From: Thermoplasmatota archaeon
GTDB taxonomy: Archaea; Thermoplasmatota; Thermoplasmata; UBA10834
DNA length: 64,000 nt
Assembly (NCBI GenBank): GCA_040751795.1
Contig: JBFMHR010000002.1
Location: forward strand, 224,001-288,000
Reading direction: 5' to 3'
In this document: in pieces, positions 18,430 through 27,162 of the stretch
Layout of the letters: the number at the start of each line of letters is the position of its first letter
How positions within the stretch are numbered: the first letter of the stretch is position 1
The notes under the pieces: model-generated
Databases searched by the model: none
What the model was told of the DNA's origin: nothing
What the model saw: only the letters and a program-made list of their open reading frames with translations
Translations under genes and position numbers: made by a program

Positions 18430-18452
18430 GGCAACCTGGTCACGCCGCCGGC

Positions 18453-19235
18453 TCAGAGGCCCGCGAAGGCCCTGAGGGCCTCCTCCTCCATGAAGTGCAG
18501 CTTCCCAGGCACGACTATCGAGTGGAGCGGAGGCCCGAAGTCCTCGTCCACGAGCTTCGAGAGCGGGCCAGCCCTCACGACCGCGTCGTCCGAGCCGGCC
18601 CTCGCGACCACGCCAACGACGGTGTCGCCCGTGAGGACGCCCTTCCCGGCCCTCCTCTCCATGTCCAGGAGGAGCCGGAGACCCTCGTTGGCCGTCATGT
18701 ACCTCGAGTTCTCGGCGTCTATGTCCAGCAGGACGAGCGTGTGGAGCCTCCTGGACACGTTCTCGCAGACGACCTCGTACGGGCTCGTCGGGGAGTAGCC
18801 CTCCTGCGGGAACGGGAGGGTCGTGGTCCTGCCGAACTTGTAGTGCTGGAGGCCGAGCAGCCCCGCGGCGGATGTGAACACCGAAGGCCCATGGACCACG
18901 GCGGTGCGCGCCCCGGCCGAGTGCGCCCTGATCCTCAGGTCGACGTGGGTCGTGGCGGTCATTGGGTCGCCCGCGACCAGGAGCACCACCCTGCCCTCGG
19001 CGCAGGCCTCGAGTATGACTTTGGCGTCCTCGACGTCCGTCCTCCCGAGGACCTTGATGTTCTTGCCGACGGCCTTCTCGAGCCTCTCGATCGAGCCGGG
19101 CCTCAGGGCCGAGGTGTAGAACTCGGCGAAGACCACGTCCGCCGCCCTCGCCTCCTCCAATCCCCTCAGCGTGATGCCCCTCTCGTCGTCGAGTCCCAGG
19201 CCGACGAAGACCAGGCTCCCTCCGCCCGCTTTCAC
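18453..19235 (-). CDS. dph5: Diphthine synthase
   Basis: LVFVGLGL, EFYTS, GDPMTATTH, GLQHYKFGRTTT, HTLVLLDI, PPLHS. Confidence 0.95.
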   Translation of the reverse strand: MKAGGGSLVFVGLGLDDERGITLRGLEEARAADVVFAEFYTSALRPGSIERLEKAVGKNIKVLGRTDVEDAKVILEACAEGRVVLLVAGDPMTATTHVDLRIRAHSAGARTAVVHGPSVFTSAAGLLGLQHYKFGRTTTLPFPQEGYSPTSPYEVVCENVSRRLHTLVLLDIDAENSRYMTANEGLRLLLDMERRAGKGVLTGDTVVGVVARAGSDDAVVRAGPLSKLVDEDFGPPLHSIVVPGKLHFMEEEALRAFAGL

Positions 19236-19406
19236 GCCCCATCGAATCCATCCCTCGTTGATTTACTTTTCTTCGATTTCCCCGCCCCGGCGCTGGAAAG
19301 CGTCTTAAGGGTTGGCGAATAGCGTCTTAAATGCCTAGACCATTGCCCCTCCGGGGATTGTCCGCCGCTCCAGGGGCGGCCATACACCTCAAGGAGGGAA
19401 GTTACA

Positions 19407-20054
19407 GTGGGCGACGACAAGATTCTGAAGCAGTTGCAGGACTCGATACTGAAGTGCGATTCCGCCGCCGCGGTTTCCGCCGCGAAGGCGGCCATCCAGG
19501 CCAAGACGGACCCGCTCCAGGCAATCGAGAAGGGGCTGGTGCCGGCCATCGAGACGGTCGGGGAGAGGTTCGAGAAGATGGAGCTCTACCTGCCCGAGCT
19601 GATGCTCGCGGGCGACGCGATGAAGGCCGCGCTCGACCTGCTGCTCCCGCTCGTGCCGAAGGGCCAGAAGACCTCCAAGGCGACGGTCGTCATAGGCACC
19701 GTCCAGGGGGACGTGCACGAGATAGGCAAGAACATAGTCTCCAGCCTCCTGATGGCGGGCGGCTTCAGCGTCGTCGACCTGGGCGTGAACGTCAAGACCT
19801 CCGTCTTCGTGGACGAGGCCAAGGCCAAGAACGCGAGGATAATCGGCGCCTCCGCGCTGATGTCCAGCACCATAGGCTCCCAGAAGGACATAGTCGACTA
19901 CCTGAGCGCTTCGGGGGAGAGGAGGAAGCGCGCGTTCCTTGTCGGCGGAGGGCCGACGACGCAGGAGTGGGCGAAGGAGATAGGCGCGGACGGCTGGGGG
20001 AAGGACGCCGTGTCGGCCGTCAGGCTCGCGGGCAAGTTCGCCAAGGGGAGGTGA
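19407..20054 (+). CDS. Methyltransferase cognate corrinoid protein (MtmC/MttC-like)
   Basis: Cap domain LYLPELMLAG; B12 motif GTVQGDVHEIGKNIV, SALMSST, VGGGP; GTG after AGGAGGG. Confidence 0.92.
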   Translation: MGDDKILKQLQDSILKCDSAAAVSAAKAAIQAKTDPLQAIEKGLVPAIETVGERFEKMELYLPELMLAGDAMKAALDLLLPLVPKGQKTSKATVVIGTVQGDVHEIGKNIVSSLLMAGGFSVVDLGVNVKTSVFVDEAKAKNARIIGASALMSSTIGSQKDIVDYLSASGERRKRAFLVGGGPTTQEWAKEIGADGWGKDAVSAVRLAGKFAKGR

Positions 20055-20059
20055 GCCGG

Positions 20060-21448
20060 ATGGTCCAGATCCTAGACGTCATGCAGAAGGCCCTCGAGGG
20101 CAAGCCCATGAGCGAGTCGGACTACCAGCTGAAGCTCTTCGCCAGCAAGGTGGCCGAGAAGATCAGGGAGTACGACATCAAGTTCGACAGGGAGAACCCG
20201 ATCCCGGACGACCCGTCCCTCGCGGACGACGTCTTCAAGGCCGCGTTCGACCTGGTCGTGGACGTCGGCGCGTACTGCACGAACACCAACAGGGTCATCT
20301 CCTACACCGAGGCGGAGGTCCGCAACGCGCTCAAGTTCGCCCCGGGCGAGCTGTGGTTCGGCGAGGGGATGGACAGGAAGCTCATGAGGACCAGGGGAGT
20401 GGGCGACAAGTCCCCGCCCTGGTGCCTGCTGGGGGCCGGCGGCGGCGCCTGCTCCAGCGACAGGTCTTTCCTCACCCTCGTCGAGGGGTACGCCGAGATC
20501 CCCGAGACGAACGCCATAACCACCCCGGCCCTCACGAGGGTCGGGGGGATGAGGATCCGGCCCGCGTCGCCCCTCGAGGTCCTGGGCGCGCAGAGGAACG
20601 CGGTCCTGTTCAGGGAGGCGTGCAACCGGGTCGGCCGGCAGGGCATACCCGTGATGAACACCCTCTCCACCGCGGAGTCGGACATAGCCCTCGCGGGGGC
20701 GCTGCACCCGAAGTACGGCCTCCGCCAGTCGGACGGCTATATGATCTGCTGCATGGACCCGATGAAGGTGGACTTCGCGAGGCTCAACAAGGTCACCGCC
20801 GTCCTGGGGCTGGGGGGCGCCATAGGCATGTGCTTCGGCCCGATGATGGGCGGGTACGCCGGCGGCCCCGAGGGGAGCACCGTCTCCAACGTCGCGCACC
20901 ACATGATGGGCATAATGACATACCAGTCGAGCTGGCTCCTGCCCTTCCCGCTGCACCTGAGGTACGTCTCGAGCAGCTGCAGGGAGCTCCTGTGGCTGAT
21001 CAGCCTCACGGGCCAGGCCGTCTCGAGGAACACGCACCTGCTGACGGTGAACCTCAACTACACCTCCGCCGGGCCGTGCACACCGATGTGCCTGTACGAG
21101 ACCACGGCCTCCGTGGCGGCCGCCGTCACCTCGGGCATGCACATCGAGTCGCTCGGCGTCGCCTCCAACAAGCAGGAGGACAGGACCACCCCGGTCGAGC
21201 CGAGGATATCCGCCGAGGTGGGCCACGCGGTCGCGGGGATGAGCCTCGCCGACACCAACCAGATGGTGCTGAAGCTGGTCCAGTCCTACGAGAAGAGGCT
21301 CGCGGACCCGCCCCTGGGCAAGATGCTCTACGACTGCTGGGACCCGGAGGCCAGGCGCCCGAGCAAGGAGTACCTCAGGGTCGTCAGGGAGTACAAGAGG
21401 AAGATGGCCGACCTGGGGCTGCCCCTCAGAAGGGACGACTGGGACTGA
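20060..21448 (+). CDS. Monomethylamine methyltransferase MtmB homolog, pyrrolysine-free
   Basis: LADDVFKAA..GAYCTNTNRVI, GRQGIPV, GGYAGG, AGPCTPMCLYE, P.GK...C.D motifs collinear with MtmB; no in-frame TAG. Confidence 0.88.
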   Translation: MVQILDVMQKALEGKPMSESDYQLKLFASKVAEKIREYDIKFDRENPIPDDPSLADDVFKAAFDLVVDVGAYCTNTNRVISYTEAEVRNALKFAPGELWFGEGMDRKLMRTRGVGDKSPPWCLLGAGGGACSSDRSFLTLVEGYAEIPETNAITTPALTRVGGMRIRPASPLEVLGAQRNAVLFREACNRVGRQGIPVMNTLSTAESDIALAGALHPKYGLRQSDGYMICCMDPMKVDFARLNKVTAVLGLGGAIGMCFGPMMGGYAGGPEGSTVSNVAHHMMGIMTYQSSWLLPFPLHLRYVSSSCRELLWLISLTGQAVSRNTHLLTVNLNYTSAGPCTPMCLYETTASVAAAVTSGMHIESLGVASNKQEDRTTPVEPRISAEVGHAVAGMSLADTNQMVLKLVQSYEKRLADPPLGKMLYDCWDPEARRPSKEYLRVVREYKRKMADLGLPLRRDDWD

Positions 21449-21542
21449 GCGGGACGCGCCGCGCCCCGGAGAGCCGTGTCAATGCGAGCGGCAGCCCCGC
21501 CGCCCGATTGGGTTATCTATCGAGGAAGGCGATTAGGCGGCG

Positions 21543-22547
21543 ATGGACTCTCTGTGCGTGGTGGTCCCGAGGAAGAAGGCCGAGCCCGTCCGGAGGAGGC
21601 TCATGGAGAAGGGCGTCCTCAGGAAGGGCCTGCAGGTCAGGTCCGACTCCAAGAACGTCTACCTCCCGGTGACGCAGAGGGTCGACCTGGGCTACCCGCT
21701 CGAGACCATGTCCTTCGACGAGCTGGATGAGCAGGTCAAGGACTACAGGCTGCTTGTCGACGTGCCCGACGGCCTGAGGGCGAAGCTCCCATCGTCGTAC
21801 GACGTCCTGGGCTCGGTCGCCCTCGTGAAGATGAGCGAGGAGGTCCTGCCCTTCGCCGGGCAGATCGGCAAGGCGATCATGGCCGTCCAAGGCGCGGTGA
21901 GGACCGTCTGCGTCGACTCGGGCGTGAAGGAGGAGTACAGGACCAGGGACCTGCGGGTCGTGGCCGGCGACGACACCACCGAGACGACCCACAGGGAGTA
22001 CGGCATGGTCTTCAGGATGGACGTCAAGAGCGTCTTCTTCTCGCCGAGGCTGGCCACGGAGAGGGACATCGTCGCGAGGCAGGTGCAGCCCGGCGAGGTC
22101 GTAATAGACATGTTCGCGGGGATAGGCCCCTTCTCCATCATGATCGCCAAGACCCGGAGCCCGAAGGCCGTCTACGCCATAGACACCAACCCCGAGGCCA
22201 TCAGGTACATGCGCGAGAACATCGCGCTCAACAAGGTCACTACCGTGACCCCGGTCCTCGGGGACGCCAGGGAGGAGGTGGCAAAGCTCGGGCCTGCGGA
22301 CAGGGTCATCATGAACCTTCCGCACAACGCCAGGAACTTCCTGCCGGAGGCCATAGACGCCCTCAGGCCAGGCGGCGTCATACACTTCTACGAGATCATG
22401 GAGGACTCGGAGCTGGAGGAGCGGTTCGGGAGGCTCGCGGACGCGGCCGTGAGGAAGGGGCGCGTCATGAAGGAGCTCGCCCGCCGCAAGGTCAAGAGCT
22501 ACAGCCCGACCATGAGCTTCTACGCCTTCGACCTGTCGTTCCTCTGA
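21543..22547 (+). CDS. trm5: Trm5/Taw2 (Met-10+) class I SAM-dependent tRNA methyltransferase
   Basis: LPSSYDVLG, VFFSPRLATER, DMFAGIGPF, IMNLP. Confidence 0.85.
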   Translation: MDSLCVVVPRKKAEPVRRRLMEKGVLRKGLQVRSDSKNVYLPVTQRVDLGYPLETMSFDELDEQVKDYRLLVDVPDGLRAKLPSSYDVLGSVALVKMSEEVLPFAGQIGKAIMAVQGAVRTVCVDSGVKEEYRTRDLRVVAGDDTTETTHREYGMVFRMDVKSVFFSPRLATERDIVARQVQPGEVVIDMFAGIGPFSIMIAKTRSPKAVYAIDTNPEAIRYMRENIALNKVTTVTPVLGDAREEVAKLGPADRVIMNLPHNARNFLPEAIDALRPGGVIHFYEIMEDSELEERFGRLADAAVRKGRVMKELARRKVKSYSPTMSFYAFDLSFL

Positions 22548-23029
22548 CGCACGGGCTCCAGGGTGATCCCCCTCTGCCCGTGGTAGTTCCCCGACCTCTC
22601 GCTGTAGGTCTTCAGGGGCGGGGAGCGCAGCTCCTCGAAGACGACCTGTGCGAACCTGTCGCCCACCGGCACGTCCACGGGCGACTGGGAGGCGTTTATC
22701 GCGGAAAAGGTGAGGTTGCCGTGGAAGCCCGCGTCGATTCTCCCGAAAGAGGACAGTATCCCCTTCCTCACCCAGCTGGTCCTCATCCATATCTCGCCGA
22801 CCAGGTCGGGGGGCAGCTCGAGGTACTCGAGCGTCCCGACGGTGAACCACGTGCCCCCAGGCACGCGCGCGACCCCCTCCTTGGTCCTGGAGTCGGACGA
22901 CGGGACCCACACCTCCGATACGGTGACGTCGTACCCGTTGGGGGTGAGGTTGCCCTCCTTGAATGACCCTATCCTCAGCGAGCCGGACCCCAGCCTCGCC
23001 ATGATGTCCGCATCCGAGAGGACGGCCGT
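22520..23029 (-). CDS. dcd: dCTP deaminase (dUTPase fold); start uncertain
   Basis: VLSDADI, PNGYDV, TLEYLELP, RTSWVRKG, IDAGFHG, RSGNYHGQRGIT; conserved N-terminus lies upstream of the first in-frame ATG (23002). Confidence 0.88.
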   Translation of the reverse strand, partial: TAVLSDADIMARLGSGSLRIGSFKEGNLTPNGYDVTVSEVWVPSSDSRTKEGVARVPGGTWFTVGTLEYLELPPDLVGEIWMRTSWVRKGILSSFGRIDAGFHGNLTFSAINASQSPVDVPVGDRFAQVVFEELRSPPLKTYSERSGNYHGQRGITLEPVRQRNDRSKA

Positions 23030-23033
23030 CGCA

Positions 23034-23609
23034 TCACCCCTTCCTCGGCTTCCTCTTCGCCTTCGCCGCGGGCGGCGCCTCGGCCTCGTCGCCCAGCCTC
23101 CTGGACGCCTCCTCCGCGAGCCCCTTGAACCGCCTGAACGCCGCCGGCCACTTCTCCTCGAGCTCGACGGCGAAGGCCTCAGAGACGTCCCGCGGCCCGG
23201 ACAGGGACAGGGGCCTGAACCCCTTCCCCTCCAGGAGCGCGTCCACCGGCCCGGCCGCCTTCGCGATCCTCTCCCACCTGAAGATCTGGTCGATGCCGTC
23301 CAGCTCCTTCACGAGGTCGCGGATGTACTCCGTCCCGAGCTTAGCGAGGAGGTGGGTGTGTAGCTCGGAGAGCTCCTTGGCGGACTCGGTCGCGGCCTTC
23401 CTGAGCCTGACCATGAACTCGTCGAGCTCGTCGTCGCCCATGGCCCTCAGCTTCCCGGGGGACGAGGCGAGGGAGTCCCTCGCCGCGACCATGATGGCCG
23501 GCTCGAGCTCGCTCTCCACGCCCCTCATTATCACTATGCCGTGCCTCGCCAGGGCCGCCTTGGCCTCCCCGACCTCCTTCCTGAGGGCGGCGTCGAGGGC
23601 TCCGTCCAT
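23034..23609 (-). CDS. Hypothetical helical protein
   Basis: Genome-typical codon usage; fills the operon between the M42 peptidase and dcd. Confidence 0.65.
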   Translation of the reverse strand: MDGALDAALRKEVGEAKAALARHGIVIMRGVESELEPAIMVAARDSLASSPGKLRAMGDDELDEFMVRLRKAATESAKELSELHTHLLAKLGTEYIRDLVKELDGIDQIFRWERIAKAAGPVDALLEGKGFRPLSLSGPRDVSEAFAVELEEKWPAAFRRFKGLAEEASRRLGDEAEAPPAAKAKRKPRKG

Positions 23610-23628
23610 CTCGCCGTGCACCCCGCGC

Positions 23629-24747
23629 TCAGATGGCCGTGAAGCCGTCCGCGGTCTTCCTGTCGAGCCTCTTGACGACCTCGACAAGCAGCCTTATCGC
23701 GTTCTCCGTGTCGGTCAGGCTGAGCAGGCCCGCGTGGGCGTGGATGTGCCTGGTGGGTATCCCTATGACGAGGCTCGGGCAGCCCGCGTTGGATATGTGG
23801 ATTATGCCGGCGTCGGTGCCGCCCCTCGCGATTTGCGAGAGCTGGTACGGGACCTTCGCCTTCTTGGCGACTTCGAGGACGAACTCGAGGAGCTCCTGGT
23901 TGGGGATCATCGAGGAGTCGTACGTGGTTATGGAAGGCCCGTGGCCCATCTTGGTCGGGGCCTCGCTCGCCTCTATGCCGGGCACGTCCCCCGCGATGTC
24001 GACCTCCAGGGTGAGGCAGACGTCCGGGTTCACCACGTGGGCCGTGGTCCTCGCGCCCCTCAGGCCGACCTCCTCCTGGGTGGTGGCGGCGCCGACGACC
24101 GTGTTCGGGTGCTTGACCCCCTCCTCCTTCAGGATCCTCACCACCTCCGCCGCGATGAATGTGCCTATCCTGTCGTCGAAGGCCTTGCCGACGGCGATGG
24201 TGTCCGTGCCCTTCCTCTTCCCGTCCTTGAAGACCTTCTTCTGCATCATCGAGAAGCACGAGTCGGGGATGATGGGGTTGCCGATCCGCACACCCATCTC
24301 CTTCGCCTCCTCCTCGTTCGACGCGCCGATATCGATGAACATCTTGTCCTTGGTGACGACCTTGGCGCGCTCCTCGGGCGGGAGCAGGTGGGGGGGCTTG
24401 GCGGCTATGATGCCCGGCACGATGCCCTTCGATGTCCTGACCTTGACCCTCTGGCCCAGCAGCACCTGGTCGAACCATCCGCCGAGCGGGTTGAACGTCA
24501 GGAAACCGTTCTTGTTCACGGATGATACGATGAAGCCGACCTCGTCGATGTGCCCGGGGAGCAGTATCACGGGCTTGTCGGAGCTCCCCTTCTTGGTGAA
24601 GAGGAACGAGCCGAGCTTGTCAGTGCTCGTCGAGTCGCTGTACTTGGACACGTACTCCTTGACGATCCTCGCCGGCACCTTCTCGAACCCCGATGGGCCG
24701 AAGCAGTTCGTGAGCTCCTCCAAGAACTTGACCGATTCCGTTCTCAT
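23629..24747 (-). CDS. M42 family aminopeptidase (TET)
   Basis: GPSGFE, GHIDEVG, KAFDDRIG, QEEVGLRGA, GGTDAG, PTRHIH. Confidence 0.93.
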   Translation of the reverse strand: MRTESVKFLEELTNCFGPSGFEKVPARIVKEYVSKYSDSTSTDKLGSFLFTKKGSSDKPVILLPGHIDEVGFIVSSVNKNGFLTFNPLGGWFDQVLLGQRVKVRTSKGIVPGIIAAKPPHLLPPEERAKVVTKDKMFIDIGASNEEEAKEMGVRIGNPIIPDSCFSMMQKKVFKDGKRKGTDTIAVGKAFDDRIGTFIAAEVVRILKEEGVKHPNTVVGAATTQEEVGLRGARTTAHVVNPDVCLTLEVDIAGDVPGIEASEAPTKMGHGPSITTYDSSMIPNQELLEFVLEVAKKAKVPYQLSQIARGGTDAGIIHISNAGCPSLVIGIPTRHIHAHAGLLSLTDTENAIRLLVEVVKRLDRKTADGFTAI

Positions 24748-24891
24748 CAGAAACCTCTCCCTGGCGCGCCAATGGATTCAGCATAGATAACCCTATCTGT
24801 CTGACCATCTGGCCGTGCGCCCGGGCGGGTGATTGGCGAAGTTATAAATCGAGATATGCTAATCAGAGCGGGCGGTACGGGAGGCCAGTCG

Positions 24892-25275
24892 ATGTCTGTA
24901 GTCTTGCCGGATCTCAAGTACACCAAGGACCATGAGTGGGTGAAGGTCGAGGGCAACCTCGCGCGCGTGGGCATCACGGACCACGCCCAGGCCGAGCTGA
25001 CCGAGATAGTGTTCGTCGAGCTGCCGAGCGTCGGGAAGGACGTGGCCAAGGCCGGGATCCTGGGCAACGTGGAGTCCGTCAAGACGGTCTCCGAGGTGTT
25101 CTCGCCGGTGGGCGGCACCGTCAGGGAGAAGAACGACAAGCTGGTCGACTCGCCGGAGCTTCTCAACAAGGACCCGTACGGGCAGGGATGGATCGCCGCG
25201 GTCGAGATGAGCAACCCCGACGACCTCTCGGAGCTCATGTCCGCCGAGGACTACAAGAAGCTCCTGGGCGAGTGA
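24892..25275 (+). CDS. gcvH: Glycine cleavage system H protein
   Basis: KYTKDHEWV, VGITDHAQ, lipoyl site VESVKT, NKDPYGQGW. Confidence 0.95.
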   Translation: MSVVLPDLKYTKDHEWVKVEGNLARVGITDHAQAELTEIVFVELPSVGKDVAKAGILGNVESVKTVSEVFSPVGGTVREKNDKLVDSPELLNKDPYGQGWIAAVEMSNPDDLSELMSAEDYKKLLGE

Positions 25276-25285
25276 GGCGCGGGCC

Positions 25286-25792
25286 TTGAAGAAGGAGATA
25301 CCTGCCGGCGAGGGGACGGACGCCTTCTCGGGCTTCCCGGTGGTCCTCTGCAGCGTCGGCGGGGAGAAGGACAACATCATCACCCTGGCCCTGTGCCACG
25401 TGTTCTCGTTCAAGCCGCCGCTCATCGGCATCGGGGTCGCTCCAGCACGGTTCAGCTACGGCCTCCTGAGGAAGAGCAAGGACTTCGCCATCAACGTCCC
25501 CACGGGGGAGCAGCTCAAGGCCGTGGAGGTGTGCGGGTCGAAGTCCGGGAGGAGGGTCGACAAGTTCGCGGCCTCCGGGCTCACCAGGGAGAAGGCCAGC
25601 AGGATATCCTCGCCCCTCATAGCCGAGTGCCCGGTGAACATGGAGTGCGTCAAGGTGAAGGAGGTCGAGACCGGCGACCGCACCTGGTTCGTCGGAGAGG
25701 TGGTCGCGGCCAGGAGGGAGGAGTCGTACGACGCCAAGGAGTGCCTCCTGTACTGGGGCGACTACAGGGTCATAGGCGACAAGGTGGGCTGA
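25286..25792 (+). CDS. Flavin reductase-like (flavoredoxin) protein
   Basis: DNIITLA, PPLIGI, CGSKSGRRVDKF, PLIAECPVNMEC. Confidence 0.88.
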   Translation: MKKEIPAGEGTDAFSGFPVVLCSVGGEKDNIITLALCHVFSFKPPLIGIGVAPARFSYGLLRKSKDFAINVPTGEQLKAVEVCGSKSGRRVDKFAASGLTREKASRISSPLIAECPVNMECVKVKEVETGDRTWFVGEVVAARREESYDAKECLLYWGDYRVIGDKVG

Positions 25793-25859
25793 GGCGCCCT
25801 TGGCGGGCTGTCCTCAGAAAGGTTCTTAGGCCCCCTCGCCCCTGATATGCATCGGAGAG

Positions 25860-26264
25860 GTGGCGAAGGTGTCCAGCTCGACGACCAACGTGAGCGTGTT
25901 CGCAGGGGAGGGCCTATCGAAGCCGGCCGCCCCCGTGCATGACAGGTTCTGCCCCTCCTGCGGGAGGAGCATCGCGTGGGAGGCGCTCTCATGCCCGCAC
26001 TGCCAATGGAGGCAGGGCGAGGGCTCCCGCTTGACGGTTCATCACGACCCCATCCCGGCGGGGAGGAGGACGCTCACCTATGTGGGCTCCGCCCTCGTCC
26101 CGCTCCTCGGGATAATCCTCGGCGCGTTGTACATGGGGAGGGCGGACGAGGAGCACAGGCACGCCGGCATGATTTGTCTGGTGCTCGGAGTGCTCAACAT
26201 CTTCCTCCTCCCGACGGTGCTTGCAGCATTGCTGTACTTGATGGTCCTCGGATGGGGGTCGTAG
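25860..26264 (+). CDS. Zinc-ribbon membrane protein
   Basis: FCPSCG..CPHC, two TM helices, ends TVLAALLYLMVLGW. Confidence 0.7.
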   Translation: MAKVSSSTTNVSVFAGEGLSKPAAPVHDRFCPSCGRSIAWEALSCPHCQWRQGEGSRLTVHHDPIPAGRRTLTYVGSALVPLLGIILGALYMGRADEEHRHAGMICLVLGVLNIFLLPTVLAALLYLMVLGWGS

Positions 26265-26282
26265 GCCTTCGGAGGTGTTGCC

Positions 26283-27074
26283 ATGTTGACATGCCAGAAG
26301 TGTGGAGCAGCGAACCAGGACGGATCGGCTGTGTGCAGCGCGTGCGGCAGCAGGATGGATGCGGGCGTGAGGTACTGCGTCTCGTGCGGCCGCTCGGTCG
26401 ACTTCAACGTGAACGTATGCCCTTACTGCGGCCACGATTACCGCGTGGCGCCATCCCCCCCCGCAAAGGAATCGCTGAGCGGGGGGATGAGGGTCCTGCT
26501 CTACCTCGTGTCGGTGTTCGTCTGGATCGCCGGGATAATCATCGGCATCGTGTTCATGATGAAGGACGACCCCGAGTACAAGCGCGTGGGGAAGATATGC
26601 CTCATACTGGGCATAGTCTCCATCCTCATCAGCGTCGGCCTTGCGGCGGCCCTCTATGTGATGGTCCTCGGCTTCGGCACCTCGGGGGGGAATCAGATCG
26701 GACCGACCGCCACCTTGTCGAGGAGCACTGGCTTGGACGGGGTGACATTCACGTTTGTCGCAATCACGGAATCGGTGGCGTGGGGGGATATGTCCTTCCT
26801 CCTCAACGATGGCTATGAGTCGATCTTCTGGCACCCAGCGACCGTCGATATGGTCGGGGGGCTGTGGGAGTCCGAGTACTACGATGCCGAGACTCTCTCC
26901 AGCATCAGCGTCTCCATGACGGCCACGGACCTCGCGGGGGATGGCCAAGTGCAGGGAGGCGACTTCTTCCTGTTGTCGCCGTCCCCGGAGTTCAACGCCG
27001 CGACGGCATATACACTGACGGTGATATGGAACCCCTCAGGCGAAGCCATCTGCTCTTCCACGTTCTCGGGCTGA
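26283..27074 (+). CDS. Double zinc-ribbon membrane protein with archaeal pilin-like C-terminal domain
   Basis: CQKCG/CSACG/CVSCG/CPYCG; TMs; LAAALYVMVLGF then beta-rich domain with DLAGDG..GGDFF; SD GGAGGTG. Confidence 0.75.
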   Translation: MLTCQKCGAANQDGSAVCSACGSRMDAGVRYCVSCGRSVDFNVNVCPYCGHDYRVAPSPPAKESLSGGMRVLLYLVSVFVWIAGIIIGIVFMMKDDPEYKRVGKICLILGIVSILISVGLAAALYVMVLGFGTSGGNQIGPTATLSRSTGLDGVTFTFVAITESVAWGDMSFLLNDGYESIFWHPATVDMVGGLWESEYYDAETLSSISVSMTATDLAGDGQVQGGDFFLLSPSPEFNAATAYTLTVIWNPSGEAICSSTFSG

Positions 27075-27162
27075 GCGACCAGCGGGGCCACGCTTAAATG
27101 CTCGTAGATGGTTCTACGTCCGGCATCGGCAGCCAGCACCGCGAGCTAACGGAGGGGCCCTT

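Noticed and set aside
27108-27149. 13-codon uORF (MVLRPASAASTAS) before the molybdoenzyme
   Set aside because: ATG is only about 10-15 nt after the TATA box, so probably upstream of the transcription start
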